Below, piece by piece: positions 63,801 to 64,000 of a stretch of 64,000 bases of DNA (position 1 is its first letter; each line of letters starts with the position of its first letter). Source of the stretch: Prasinococcaceae sp. CCMP 1430 (lineage: Eukaryota; Plantae; Prasinodermophyta); contig RQSC01000806.1 of assembly GCA_013416795.1 (NCBI GenBank), positions 1 through 64,000 of the forward strand. The letters are read 5' to 3'. Position numbers and translations under genes: made by a program. The notes under the pieces were generated by a model that searched no databases, was not told where the DNA came from, and saw only the letters and a list, made by a program, of their open reading frames with translations.

Positions 63801-64000
63801 GTGCGCGCTGCGCCCGCTGTGTGCGCCGGCCGCCGCTATGCGGGAGGACGCGAGCAGCGTGGCCCGCACGCTCGAGCCTTCCTGCGCTGCGCCAAGCTGG
63901 GGCTGCCACATTTGGGATTGCGCCTCGCCCGTCTGTGGGGTGTGCGGGGCCGAGCCGAGGCGTGCCGCCCCGCGGCGTGGGGGCCGCGCGTGCGCCATCG

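Noticed and set aside
1-64000. tRNA, rRNA, intact transposase or reverse-transcriptase genes, and near-identical introner-type repeated introns
   Set aside because: No cloverleaf, rRNA-like or transposase/RT motifs seen; the introns share GTGCG donors but not extended sequence identity.

Overview
Eukaryotic nuclear DNA, gene-dense and very GC-rich (about 70% by eye), with short GT-AG introns whose donors are mostly GTGCG. The gene content (PTOX, phosphoglycolate phosphatase, an RWP-RK factor, a plant-type WD40 inositol 5-phosphatase, a RhoGAP-like/class III formin) points to a green alga, probably a prasinophyte-grade lineage (inference). About 24 protein-coding genes can be supported, many only after manual splicing; most of the overlapping ORFs in the track are GC-driven shadows. 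There are two N gaps (41334-41863, 56924-57229) and two single Ns (762, 34798); the one at 34798 appears to hide a larger gap. I found no tRNA, rRNA, CRISPR array or intact transposon. The strongest candidate for an undescribed system is a class I cyclic-nucleotide phosphodiesterase fused to a voltage-sensor-like transmembrane module of the kind known from ion-channel-like adenylyl cyclases (30356-33637). Other highlights: four ribbon-helix-helix-like repeats inside the formin, a secreted protein with CEWRDGEC repeats and poly-Lys tails, a 9-nt microexon in an ankyrin gene, a degenerate telomere-like 44-bp array near a TRF-like gene, an orphan lipoyl-domain exon, and a protein whose C-terminal domain looks bacterial. 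All family assignments come from motif recognition by eye; no searches were run.
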